Positions 1 through 8,045 of a stretch of DNA of 45,519 nucleotides are shown in pieces. Source of the DNA: Candidatus Shapirobacteria bacterium (lineage in GTDB: Bacteria; Patescibacteriota; Microgenomatia; UBA12405); the NCBI GenBank assembly GCA_037142555.1, contig JBAXAJ010000005.1, positions 1-45,519 on the forward strand, written 5' to 3'. Numbering within the stretch: the first letter of the stretch is position 1; each line of letters opens with the position of its first letter. Made by a program: the position numbers and the translations under genes. The notes beneath the pieces are model-generated. The model ran no database searches. It was given only the letters and a program-made list of their open reading frames with translations, and was not told where the DNA came from.

Positions 1-122
1 AACAACCTAATAACCAACTGACCCTCCTTCGCTGAAGCTACGGACGGGCAAAGGCTAAACAACCTAATAACCAACTGACCCTCCTTCGCTGAAGCTACGG
101 ACGGGCAAAGGCCAAACAACCT
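1..122. repeat. Tandem direct repeat with a 57-bp unit: copies at 1-57 and 58-114 plus 8 bp of a third. The array runs off the 5' window edge.
   Basis: Direct reading. The unit aacaacctaataaccaactgaccctccttcgctgaagctacggacgggcaaaggc[t/c]a repeats with one mismatch (t56 vs c113). It is G+C-rich relative to the flanks. Confidence 0.9.
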
Positions 123-176
123 TTGAAAGATTATATCAAAATAAATTTAAATCCTTATTTAATCTCTAATTATATA

Positions 177-182
177 TATAAT
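177..182 (+). promoter_or_regulatory. Candidate -10 box (TATAAT) 8 nt upstream of the lepB ATG
   Basis: Perfect TATAAT at 177-182. No Shine-Dalgarno sequence lies between it and the ATG at 191. TATAAT can occur by chance in AT-rich DNA. Confidence 0.3.
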
Positions 183-190
183 AATTAAAT

Positions 191-778
191 ATGAATAAAA
201 AATTAATTAATCAATCTGGTTCGATTGGTGGAATGATCCTAGAATTTGCCCAATCTTTAGTTTTAGCGTTGTCAGTTTTTGTGTTGTTATATCTTTTTGT
301 GGCTCAACCAAACGAAGTTAAAGGTAGTTCAATGGTTCCTAATTTTACAGATGGAGAATTTTTGTTAACTGATAAATTAACTTATCAAATGAGCAAACCA
401 CAACGAGGTGATGTAGTCATTTTTAAGGCTCCAGCTGGTGAAACTTGTGCTGTTGATGGTTGTGAATATATTAAAAGAGTAATTGGAGTCCCTGGAGACA
501 CTGTTATGGTTAAAGACCAAAAGGTTTTTTTGAATGGAACTGAGTTAAATCAATCATTTTTACCAGCTGATTTTGTGACTGATCCAGGTGAATTTAATCA
601 AGACGGTATTGAACAAATTGTCCCTGAAGGTCAATATCTTTGTTTTGGTGATAATCGAAGTCATTCTCGTGATGGTCGAGAATTTGGTCCAATTAAGAAA
701 GATTTGATAATTGGTAAGGCTTTTTTCAAATATTGGCCTCTTTCATCGATGGGACTTATTCCTAGGATAAGATATTAA
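191..778 (+). CDS. lepB: Signal peptidase I
   Basis: N-terminal TM segment, catalytic-Ser box GSSMVPNF, the YIKRVIGVPGD motif and the GDNRSHSRDGREFGPI box, all typical of the S26 family. Confidence 0.85.
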   Translation: MNKKLINQSGSIGGMILEFAQSLVLALSVFVLLYLFVAQPNEVKGSSMVPNFTDGEFLLTDKLTYQMSKPQRGDVVIFKAPAGETCAVDGCEYIKRVIGVPGDTVMVKDQKVFLNGTELNQSFLPADFVTDPGEFNQDGIEQIVPEGQYLCFGDNRSHSRDGREFGPIKKDLIIGKAFFKYWPLSSMGLIPRIRY

Positions 779-1611
779 TTTTTTAATTTCTTATTACAGA
801 CTTGTTCGTATAAAGTTTCAAGATTATTAAAACGTTTGTCTATTGGTCCTCTGAATTGAAAAGTGACACGAGTTACAACATTTGTTTGAACTATTTTGAC
901 TGTGGCAGTTTTATCATTGAAGAAAGATTGGATATCTTGCCCAATGTTGTCTAGTTTTGACTTTAAAAATTGTGGCAAATTTTCTTTAGTAATTGGAACA
1001 TCCCCTTCTTCAATTTTCTTTCTCATTCTTCTGGCAATATCTTCGGTTCGACGAACCGAGGCTTTTTCTTTTAGAACTATTTTGTAGGCTTCGATTATTA
1101 ATCGGCTGTCACCAATTCCAGAAAGAGCTCGAGCATGACCTTCTGAAATTAAACCAGATAGTAGACCATCTTTAAGAGCATCTGGAAGAGTTAAGAGTTT
1201 AAGGGAATTAATTACATAAGGAACGCTTTTACTGACCTTTTTAGCTATTTGATTATTATCAAAATGGAATTCTTCTCGTAGTCGCATGAAAGCTTTAGCT
1301 CTTTCAATTGGGTTTAGATCTTTTCTTTGAACATTTTCGACAATTGCCATTTCTAGCATTTGTTGAGGAGTGGTCTCTTTAACGATGGCTGGAACATATT
1401 CTAGTTTCAACACCCGAGCGGAGCGCCATCGTCGTTCTCCGGCGATGATTTGATAGCCTGCGGGGGTTTTAGCAATGATCAGTGGTTCAAGAATTCCATG
1501 TTCTCTGATTGATTCGACTAATTCGGAAATTGATTCTGGATTTATGACTCCACGAGGTTGGAGAGGGTTTGGTTCGAGTTGATTAGTTGGGATTTGAATC
1601 ACTTGTTTCAT
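775..1611 (-). CDS. parB: ParB/Spo0J-like partition/nucleoid protein
   Basis: N-terminal ParB box (LEPNPLQPR ... IIAGERRWRSA). HTH-like region QIAKKVSKSVPYVINSLKLL. No adjacent parA. Confidence 0.8.
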   Translation of the reverse strand: MKQVIQIPTNQLEPNPLQPRGVINPESISELVESIREHGILEPLIIAKTPAGYQIIAGERRWRSARVLKLEYVPAIVKETTPQQMLEMAIVENVQRKDLNPIERAKAFMRLREEFHFDNNQIAKKVSKSVPYVINSLKLLTLPDALKDGLLSGLISEGHARALSGIGDSRLIIEAYKIVLKEKASVRRTEDIARRMRKKIEEGDVPITKENLPQFLKSKLDNIGQDIQSFFNDKTATVKIVQTNVVTRVTFQFRGPIDKRFNNLETLYEQVCNKKLKN

Positions 1612-1691
1612 ATGTAAATAGATTACTATGAAAAGGCTTGTGAAAAAAGTGAGATGAAATGTGTCAGAATAAATCAGACCTAAACAAAGCT

Positions 1692-1718
1692 AAAAAAAAT
1701 CCCGCAATCGCGGGATTT
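1692..1718 (-). terminator. Rho-independent terminator after rplU-rpmA
   Basis: On the minus strand: aaatcccgc-gatt-gcgggattt hairpin (9-bp stem with a GC core) running into a T8 tract, immediately 3' of the rpmA stop. Confidence 0.75.
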
Positions 1719-1721
1719 AAA

Positions 1722-2051
1722 TTATTTTTTAGTTACAGCTTTTGGAGTTTTTACAACTTTTTTAGCGACTTTTTCGACTTTGATTGTTTTAATTACTTTT
1801 GGAGCTTTGACAACACAAACGAATCTTTTACCTAATTTTTTAAGAAATTTAACAACTCCTGGTCGGATAGCATAGAGAGTGAAATCTTTTCCGGTTTTGA
1901 CACCTTCACCAGCACGAAAACTGGAACCAACTTGGCGAATGATTATTTCACCAACTTTGATTTTTTGACCACCATAGACTTTAACACCACGTCTTTGTCC
2001 AGCGCGGTTTGATTTTTGGTTTGTTTTACCTTGTGATTTTGTATGTGCCAT
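1722..2051 (-). CDS. rpmA: Ribosomal protein L27 with a Lys-rich C-terminal tail
   Basis: MAHTKSQGKT...GVKVYGGQKIKVGEIIIRQVGSSFRAGEGV...TLYA matches the L27 core. About 30 extra K/V-rich residues at the C-terminus. Confidence 0.85.
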   Translation of the reverse strand: MAHTKSQGKTNQKSNRAGQRRGVKVYGGQKIKVGEIIIRQVGSSFRAGEGVKTGKDFTLYAIRPGVVKFLKKLGKRFVCVVKAPKVIKTIKVEKVAKKVVKTPKAVTKK

Positions 2052-2056
2052 AGATT

Positions 2057-2368
2057 TTAATTAATTTTAAGAATTTTAATGTCAGTTAATTGAGATCTAA
2101 AACCTTGGGTTTTTCGATAACGAGATTTTGATTTATATTTGAAAACTCTTAGTTTTTCACCTTTGTAGTTTTTTACAACTTCGAAATCAACAGAAGAATT
2201 TTTTACAGTTGGAGTTCCAACAATTATTTTGTCGTCGTTTGCAGTTAATAAAACTTGATCAGTTGATGATTTAACCCCTTCTTCTAGGTTAAGATTATCA
2301 ATAGTTATAATTTTATCTTCTTCGACTTTGAATTGAGAGCCAGATATGGCAATTACAGCGTATTTCAT
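2057..2368 (-). CDS. rplU: Ribosomal protein L21
   Basis: MKYAVIAISGSQFKVEEDK start and a C-terminal KYKSKSRYRKTQGFRSQLT box. Lies upstream of rpmA, as in the conserved rplU-rpmA pair. Confidence 0.85.
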   Translation of the reverse strand: MKYAVIAISGSQFKVEEDKIITIDNLNLEEGVKSSTDQVLLTANDDKIIVGTPTVKNSSVDFEVVKNYKGEKLRVFKYKSKSRYRKTQGFRSQLTDIKILKIN

Positions 2369-2376
2369 ACCTTTTG

Positions 2377-2404
2377 ATTATAGCATAGGAATTCTTATAG
2401 ACAA
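2377..2404 (-). promoter_or_regulatory. Candidate sigma70-type promoter for rplU-rpmA
   Basis: Minus strand reads TTGTCT, a 16-nt spacer, TATAAT, then caaaaggt and ATG. The -10 ends only 8 nt before the start codon. Confidence 0.4.
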
Positions 2405-2406
2405 GC

Positions 2407-3402
2407 TTAAGAAGAGTAGACAATACCGAGAGAAAAAAGAAGAGCCATCAGAGATGAACCACCGACGGAAATAAAGGGTAATGGAATGCCGGTTACGGGC
2501 AAAATTCCAATATTCATGCCAATATTCACGAAAGCTTGCATCCAAATTTGGAGAGCTATTCCAAGAGTGAATATAAAAAGAGGCCGGCTTTGAGTCGAAT
2601 AGGCTTTATTAAAAAGAGTTTTGATTAAGAAATAGTAGGAAATAATTATTATAAAAACACCGACAAAACCTAGTTCTTCAGTGGTGGCGGCAAACATGAA
2701 ATCAGTGTGTTTTTCGGGTAAAAATAAAAGTTGGCCTTGACTCCCCTTTTTGTAGCCTTTGCCAAAAAATCCACCAGAACCAATGGCTATTTTTGATTGA
2801 ATAACATTATAACCTTTTCCTTGTGGGTCGGCACCGGGGTCTAGAAAATTGACGATTCTTTGCCGCTGGTAATCATGCAGAACTTTGCCATAGATTAGAG
2901 GTGAAATTAGAGCCAGAACAACTAGTCCAATTAGAGTTAACTTTAATAGTTTTTTATTATATAAAATTACTGGAACCAAAAGAAATAGAACTGAGAGAGC
3001 ACTACCAAGATCTGGTTGAGCCATTATTATTGATACAGGTAGAAGATGAATCACTGGAAAGGCAGTGTTAGCCAGAAATAGTATTAACCAAGGTTTAGCG
3101 AGTTCTGATGGTTGGATAGTGGTGAATCCAATATCAATCCAACGACGAGAACCTCGGGTGATATTATTAAGAAGAATTGGAAGAAGTAGAGAAACACAAC
3201 AAATTATAAAAATAACCCATTTTGCTGAATTTGTTTGTTTTGCGTTGATTTGTTTACCGATGAAAAAGAGGCCGATGCCGATTCCCCAGGCTAATAATTG
3301 TTTCCAAAACAAATTTGGAGCCAGTGAACTAATCATCAGCATATTGATGCAAAATAGGACAAATAAGCTGACTAGAGCCGGTAACCAATGGTTTTTAAAC
3401 AT
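2407..3402 (-). CDS. rodA: SEDS-family peptidoglycan polymerase (FtsW/RodA/SpoVE family), the copy outside the dcw cluster
   Basis: Polytopic membrane protein with SEDS boxes (IQPSELAKP, DFMFAATTEELGFVG, GILPVTGIPLPFISVGGSS). The rodA assignment is only by exclusion, because the other SEDS copy sits next to murG. Confidence 0.6.
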   Translation of the reverse strand: MFKNHWLPALVSLFVLFCINMLMISSLAPNLFWKQLLAWGIGIGLFFIGKQINAKQTNSAKWVIFIICCVSLLLPILLNNITRGSRRWIDIGFTTIQPSELAKPWLILFLANTAFPVIHLLPVSIIMAQPDLGSALSVLFLLVPVILYNKKLLKLTLIGLVVLALISPLIYGKVLHDYQRQRIVNFLDPGADPQGKGYNVIQSKIAIGSGGFFGKGYKKGSQGQLLFLPEKHTDFMFAATTEELGFVGVFIIIISYYFLIKTLFNKAYSTQSRPLFIFTLGIALQIWMQAFVNIGMNIGILPVTGIPLPFISVGGSSLMALLFSLGIVYSS

Positions 3403-3411
3403 TAATAGATT

Positions 3412-6240
3412 TTAGCTTATTTTTTCTATTCTTAGAGAATCAGATTTTTCAATTGAGCTTCCGACAGTTTTAGAAAGAATTTCTTTTTCAAAACTAGCTG
3501 GCCATTGGGGGGCAAAAATTTTGATTTTATCTTTCAAATCTAGATTAGCTTCTTTTCGTAAACTTTGAATTTGGCGGATTAAATCTCGAGAATCCCCTTC
3601 TGCTTCTAGTTCTGGAGTCAATTGAGTGTCAAGAGAAACTGTTAAATTATTTTTACTTAAAATTATTTCAACATTTTTGACATTTAATTCATTTTTAATG
3701 ATGGCTAATAAATTTTCATCTAGATTTATTTTTTGAGAACTATCAATTGTGGCCTTAGAAAGAGGTTGACGAGTGCTGAGACTGTTAGTTTTTCTGATCA
3801 TGTTCCCCTGTTCACAAATTTCTCGAACATAGACCATATTTTCTAATAATTGTTGGTCTATTTCTTTAACTTCAGGATATAGAGCTAAATGAACTGATTC
3901 GAGAGCACTAGAATCAAAAGGTAGAACTAGATTTTGATAGAAATATTCACTAACAAATGGAATTAATGGAGCACTGGTTTTAGTGAATTGAACTAGAACT
4001 TGCCATAGAGTTTGGAGGGCTTGTTTGTCACCATTAACGAATCGATCGCGTGATTGACGAATGTACCAGCGAGATAGATCTTCGATGTATGGAGTTACTA
4101 ATTTGACTGCGTTTGGAATTATATATTTGTCTAATTCTTGGGCAAATTCTTTAGTAAACTGGTTAGTTCTGGTGATTATCCATTGATCCATGACATTTAA
4201 GTCACTAATTTCTAATGTCGAATTTCTAATTTCTAAATCGGGGGTCCAATCATGCATTTGACCATAAGTGTTGAGATATTTAAGACAATTCCAAAGAGGT
4301 AGAAGAACAAATTTAACTTTGTCTTCAATTTCTTTTTCACTAAGATTGATGTTTTCACCAACCATAATGACACTGCCCATTAAATATAGACGCATGGCTT
4401 CTCCACCATATTTTTGAAGAACCATTTTTGGATCAGGATAGTTTTTGAAAAGCTTACTCATTTTTCGACCATCAGTTCCCATCATAGTTCCGGTGACAAC
4501 ACAGTTTTTGAAAGATTCTGATTTAAATAGAGCATTTGAGAGAACATGAAGAGTGTAGAACCAACCTCTAGTTTGGCCGATATACTCGACAATGTAGTCA
4601 GCTGGGAATTCTTTTTTGAATTGCTCTTGTGTCTCATCAAAAGGATAGTGTCTTTCGGCATAAGGCATGGAACCTGATTCAAACCAACAATCAAGAACTT
4701 CAGAAACACGATTGACTGTTTTGCCGCATTTATCGCATTTAATGGTTACTTCATCGATGTCTGGTTTGTGAAGATTGGTTATCTTTTTTCCAGAGCGGGC
4801 TTCTAGATCGGCAATTGATTCAGGCACATAATTTTGGCCGCAATCACATTCCCAAACAGGAATTGGAGAGGCCCAATAACGATTTCGTGATAGACACCAA
4901 TCTGGAGCACTTTCAATCCCCTGCCCGAAACGACCACTCTTTATGTGTTCTGGAACCCAATTAATGTTTTTGTTGGTTTCTTTCATGCCATCTTTGATTG
5001 ATTGGACATTAAGATACCAAGCAGTTTGGGATTTATAGATTAAAGGAGTACTACAGCGATAGCAGAAAGGATAGCTGTGAGTGATTTTTTCTTCTTTAAA
5101 AATTAAATTTCTGTTTTTTAAATCTTCAATCACGGCTGGATCGGCTTTTTTGACAAAGAGGCCAGCGAAAAGAGTGACTTGTCCAACTATTTTTCCATCA
5201 TCATCAACATGGTCAATCACAGATAATTTATTTTCTTTTCCAAAAGCGGAATCGTCTTCTCCAAAACCTGGAGCGATGTGGACTATTCCAGTTCCATCTT
5301 CCATGGAAACAAAATCAGCATGATAGATTTTATAATCATTTGGAGTGACTTCAAAGAAAGAATAGAGAGATTCATAGGAAAGACCGATTAATTCTTGGCC
5401 TTTAAATTCTTTGACAATTTTATAATCTTGACCTGAAACTAGAGCCTCAAGTCTAGCTTTGGCAAGAATTATGTTTTCATTATTTAAATTAATTTCGATA
5501 TAAGTTTCGTTTTTGTTGATAGCCAATGCTAAATTTCCTGGAAGAGTCCAAGGTGTGGTGGTCCAAGCTAAGATGTAGGCATCTTGGTCTTTTAATTTAA
5601 ATTTAATAGAAATAGCTGGGTCTTCAACTTCTTTGTAGGAGTTGTCCATAGCAATTTCGAAATTAGAAAGTGGAGTGGAACAACGAGGACAATATAAAGA
5701 GATTCGGCGACCTTTGTAGATTAGACCTTTTTTGTAGAGTTCGGAAAAAACCCACATGACAGTTTCCATGTAGTTTAAATCCATGGTTTTGTAGGCGTTT
5801 TTGAAATCAACCCAGCGACCAATGTGGTCGACATACCATTCCCATTCTTGAGAAACATTTTGAACATAGTTATAACATTCGTCAATATATTTTCTGATGC
5901 CGATAGTTTCGATGTCTTTTTTGCTTTTTAAACCAAGAATTTCTTCGACTTTGTTTTCAGCTGGAAGACCATGACAATCCCAACCCCAAACTCTTTTAAC
6001 TTTTTTGCCTTTCATGGTTTGATATCGAGGAATTATGTCTTTGGCGATGCTAGATAATAGATGGCCATGATGAGGAGTTCCAGTGATGAATGGAGGGCCG
6101 TCGTAAAAAGTGTAGGCATTGTCTTCTGATCGTTGATCGACTGATTTTTCGAAAATTTTGTTTTCTTTCCAAAAAGAGAGAATCCCCTCTTCTATCTGAG
6201 GAAAGTTAACATTTGATGGTATATCTTTGAATTTCGCCAT
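3412..6240 (-). CDS. ileS: Isoleucyl-tRNA synthetase, type 2 (eukaryote/archaeal-like)
   Basis: FYDGPPFITGTPHHGH (HIGH region), KMSKL (KMSKS region), WCLSRNRYWASPIPVW. 942 aa. Confidence 0.85.
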   Translation of the reverse strand: MAKFKDIPSNVNFPQIEEGILSFWKENKIFEKSVDQRSEDNAYTFYDGPPFITGTPHHGHLLSSIAKDIIPRYQTMKGKKVKRVWGWDCHGLPAENKVEEILGLKSKKDIETIGIRKYIDECYNYVQNVSQEWEWYVDHIGRWVDFKNAYKTMDLNYMETVMWVFSELYKKGLIYKGRRISLYCPRCSTPLSNFEIAMDNSYKEVEDPAISIKFKLKDQDAYILAWTTTPWTLPGNLALAINKNETYIEINLNNENIILAKARLEALVSGQDYKIVKEFKGQELIGLSYESLYSFFEVTPNDYKIYHADFVSMEDGTGIVHIAPGFGEDDSAFGKENKLSVIDHVDDDGKIVGQVTLFAGLFVKKADPAVIEDLKNRNLIFKEEKITHSYPFCYRCSTPLIYKSQTAWYLNVQSIKDGMKETNKNINWVPEHIKSGRFGQGIESAPDWCLSRNRYWASPIPVWECDCGQNYVPESIADLEARSGKKITNLHKPDIDEVTIKCDKCGKTVNRVSEVLDCWFESGSMPYAERHYPFDETQEQFKKEFPADYIVEYIGQTRGWFYTLHVLSNALFKSESFKNCVVTGTMMGTDGRKMSKLFKNYPDPKMVLQKYGGEAMRLYLMGSVIMVGENINLSEKEIEDKVKFVLLPLWNCLKYLNTYGQMHDWTPDLEIRNSTLEISDLNVMDQWIITRTNQFTKEFAQELDKYIIPNAVKLVTPYIEDLSRWYIRQSRDRFVNGDKQALQTLWQVLVQFTKTSAPLIPFVSEYFYQNLVLPFDSSALESVHLALYPEVKEIDQQLLENMVYVREICEQGNMIRKTNSLSTRQPLSKATIDSSQKINLDENLLAIIKNELNVKNVEIILSKNNLTVSLDTQLTPELEAEGDSRDLIRQIQSLRKEANLDLKDKIKIFAPQWPASFEKEILSKTVGSSIEKSDSLRIEKIS

Positions 6241-6276
6241 ATTGTATTTTACACTATCTATTTTAAAGCTAATATC

Positions 6277-6305
6277 TTGACTTTTGGGCTAGAAGTGATA
6301 TTATA
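6277..6305 (+). promoter_or_regulatory. Candidate promoter with an extended -10
   Basis: TTGACT (6277-6282), a 16-17-nt spacer, then TGaTATTAT (6296-6304). It would give a leader of roughly 130 nt for the gene at 6438. Confidence 0.4.
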
Positions 6306-6437
6306 GGTCAGTTTGATGATGAAAATCACTAAACTAAAGTCTTTTTAACATTCTTTAGACAATCGCGTCTAAATTAAAATATACGAAAGATGGATGTACT
6401 TTAAAATACTTTAGAAAAAAGAAAAGAGGGATTGGTT

Positions 6438-6797
6438 ATGAGTAAAAGAAATACTGTATTTACAGCAGGTGTTGTTATTGGTGTGGTTATATCTGTTATA
6501 TTTGTTCTATTAATTAATTTGAACAAAGAACCGATTGCCGCTCAATCAGGAATGACTATTCTAGTCTATGATGATAGAGCAGTGATGATTGAAAAAGGTA
6601 CTTTGGTACAGGGACATGCACAGCAATTGATAGAAGCTGATGGTCATTTCCAGAAAAAAGAAATACAAACACCATTTGTGGCTACCGAATCAATGGTAGT
6701 TCGATGTAGTTTAGAAGGCTTTGTTTGTATTTTATATGCAGATGATGTTTCTAATAGCTTTTATTACCGACAAATATCACAACAAATTCTAAAGTAA
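6438..6797 (+). CDS. Hypothetical small membrane-anchored protein
   Basis: ATG at 6438 is preceded by aagaggg with about 7-nt spacing. The track's TTG at 6432 is less likely. One N-terminal TM helix. No motif recognised. Confidence 0.5.
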   Translation: MSKRNTVFTAGVVIGVVISVIFVLLINLNKEPIAAQSGMTILVYDDRAVMIEKGTLVQGHAQQLIEADGHFQKKEIQTPFVATESMVVRCSLEGFVCILYADDVSNSFYYRQISQQILK

Positions 6798-6828
6798 TAT
6801 AAAATGACGGCTGAAAGCTAAAATGATT

Positions 6829-6853
6829 AATACCAATTGGTATTTTTTGTTTT
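6829..6853 (+). terminator. Weak candidate intrinsic terminator
   Basis: aatacc-aatt-ggtatt hairpin followed by a T-rich run (ttttgtttt). The stem is short and AT-rich. Confidence 0.35.
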
Positions 6854-6873
6854 AGTGAGTAGGTCGTTTTTTT

Positions 6874-8040
6874 TTATTTATTTTTTCTTAAAAAGGCGGG
6901 GATGTCGAATTCGTCGATGATGTCAATTCCTTCTGGAATTTCTTTATTACCGAGCATTTTTTGGATTTGACTATTATCTATAGTTTTCATTTCTTCTTCT
7001 TGAGGAGGAGCTGTAGTTTGGAAATTAGGGATGTTGGTTTGAACAGACTGTTTTTTAATTGTTTGGTATATATGAGCTCGGGTGGTGTCAAAACCAGTGG
7101 CAATTACAGAAATTTTGATTTTACCCTTGAGGTTTGGATCAATAGTGGCACCAAAAATTATGTTTGAATCTGGAGCAGTGCGTTCAGTGATGGCTCTGGC
7201 TGATTCTTCAATTTCGGCCATGGTTAGGTCTGGTCCACCAGTGATGTTGATTAAAACTCCCCTAGCCCCTTCGATGTTAACTTCAACAATTGGAGAATCG
7301 ATTGCAGATTCGACAGCGAGTCTGGCTCGACCTTCACCTTCAGCTTCACCAGTTCCCATTAGAGCTGAACCAGCGTTACTCATGATTGATTTAATGTCGG
7401 CAAAATCGAGGTTGATTAGTCCAGGAACAGTGATTAGGTCGGCAATAGCTTTAGTTCCTTTGTTTAAAACAGAATCGGCAATTTTGAAAGCTTCGAGAAG
7501 AGTGGCTTTATTATTGACTACTTCCATGACTTTTTGGTTTGGGATAACGATTAGAGTATCAACATAATCTTTAAGTTGAGAAATGCCATCTTCGGCATTA
7601 GACATTCTTCTGGTACCTTCGAATAAAAATGGTTTAGTGACAACAGCGATAGTTAAGATTCCTAGTTCTTTTTTAGCAATTTGAGCAATAATTGGAGCAG
7701 CGCCGGTGCAGGTTCCTCCACCCATGCCGCCAGTTATGAAAACCATGTCGGTGCCTTCGAGGACTTCTTTAATTCTTTCTCTTGATTCTTCAGCCGCTTT
7801 TTGACCCATTTGAGGATTACCACCAGCTCCAAGACCTTTAGTTAATTTTTCACCAATTTGAATTTTAATAGGAGCAAGAGAATTTAATAGGGCTTGTGAA
7901 TCAGTGTTAACAGCAATGAAGTCAACACCTTGGATGCTGTCTTCAGAAATCATTGAGTTAATGGCATTATTTCCACCACCACCGACTCCGATAACTTTTA
8001 TTTTGGCAAATTGACCTGTAAGAGTTTTTACTAATCCCAT
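6874..8040 (-). CDS. ftsZ: Cell division GTPase FtsZ
   Basis: GVGGGGNNAINSM, the tubulin signature region GGMGGGTCTGAAP (with an unusual Cys) and NTDSQAL. Confidence 0.92.
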   Translation of the reverse strand: MGLVKTLTGQFAKIKVIGVGGGGNNAINSMISEDSIQGVDFIAVNTDSQALLNSLAPIKIQIGEKLTKGLGAGGNPQMGQKAAEESRERIKEVLEGTDMVFITGGMGGGTCTGAAPIIAQIAKKELGILTIAVVTKPFLFEGTRRMSNAEDGISQLKDYVDTLIVIPNQKVMEVVNNKATLLEAFKIADSVLNKGTKAIADLITVPGLINLDFADIKSIMSNAGSALMGTGEAEGEGRARLAVESAIDSPIVEVNIEGARGVLINITGGPDLTMAEIEESARAITERTAPDSNIIFGATIDPNLKGKIKISVIATGFDTTRAHIYQTIKKQSVQTNIPNFQTTAPPQEEEMKTIDNSQIQKMLGNKEIPEGIDIIDEFDIPAFLRKNK

Positions 8041-8045
8041 AGCAA

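Noticed and set aside
1-122. Possible CRISPR array at the window start
   Set aside because: The 57-bp units are directly adjacent with no unique spacers, and no cas genes are nearby. It is a simple tandem repeat.
775-1611. parS site near parB
   Set aside because: By eye I found no match to the TGTTNCACGTGAAACA-type palindrome in or around parB. This cannot be asserted without a proper scan.
6241-6431. T-box or other leader upstream of ileS
   Set aside because: No T-box core (AGGGUGGNACCGCG-like) or specifier-loop architecture is visible on the minus strand. The sequence is AU-rich without strong stems.
7082-7567. Track ORFs antisense to or nested within well-supported genes: 7082-7567 and 6961-7167 in ftsZ, 3065-3415 in rodA, 20246-20641 in ftsI, 33583-33948/33851-34060/34304-34540 in a GT4, 14239-14565 in mraY, 15508-15768 in murA, 45134-45427 in galE, and others
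   Set aside because: Each lies fully inside a gene with strong family motifs on the other strand or frame. Their products are low-complexity with no recognisable motifs. They are typical shadow ORFs.
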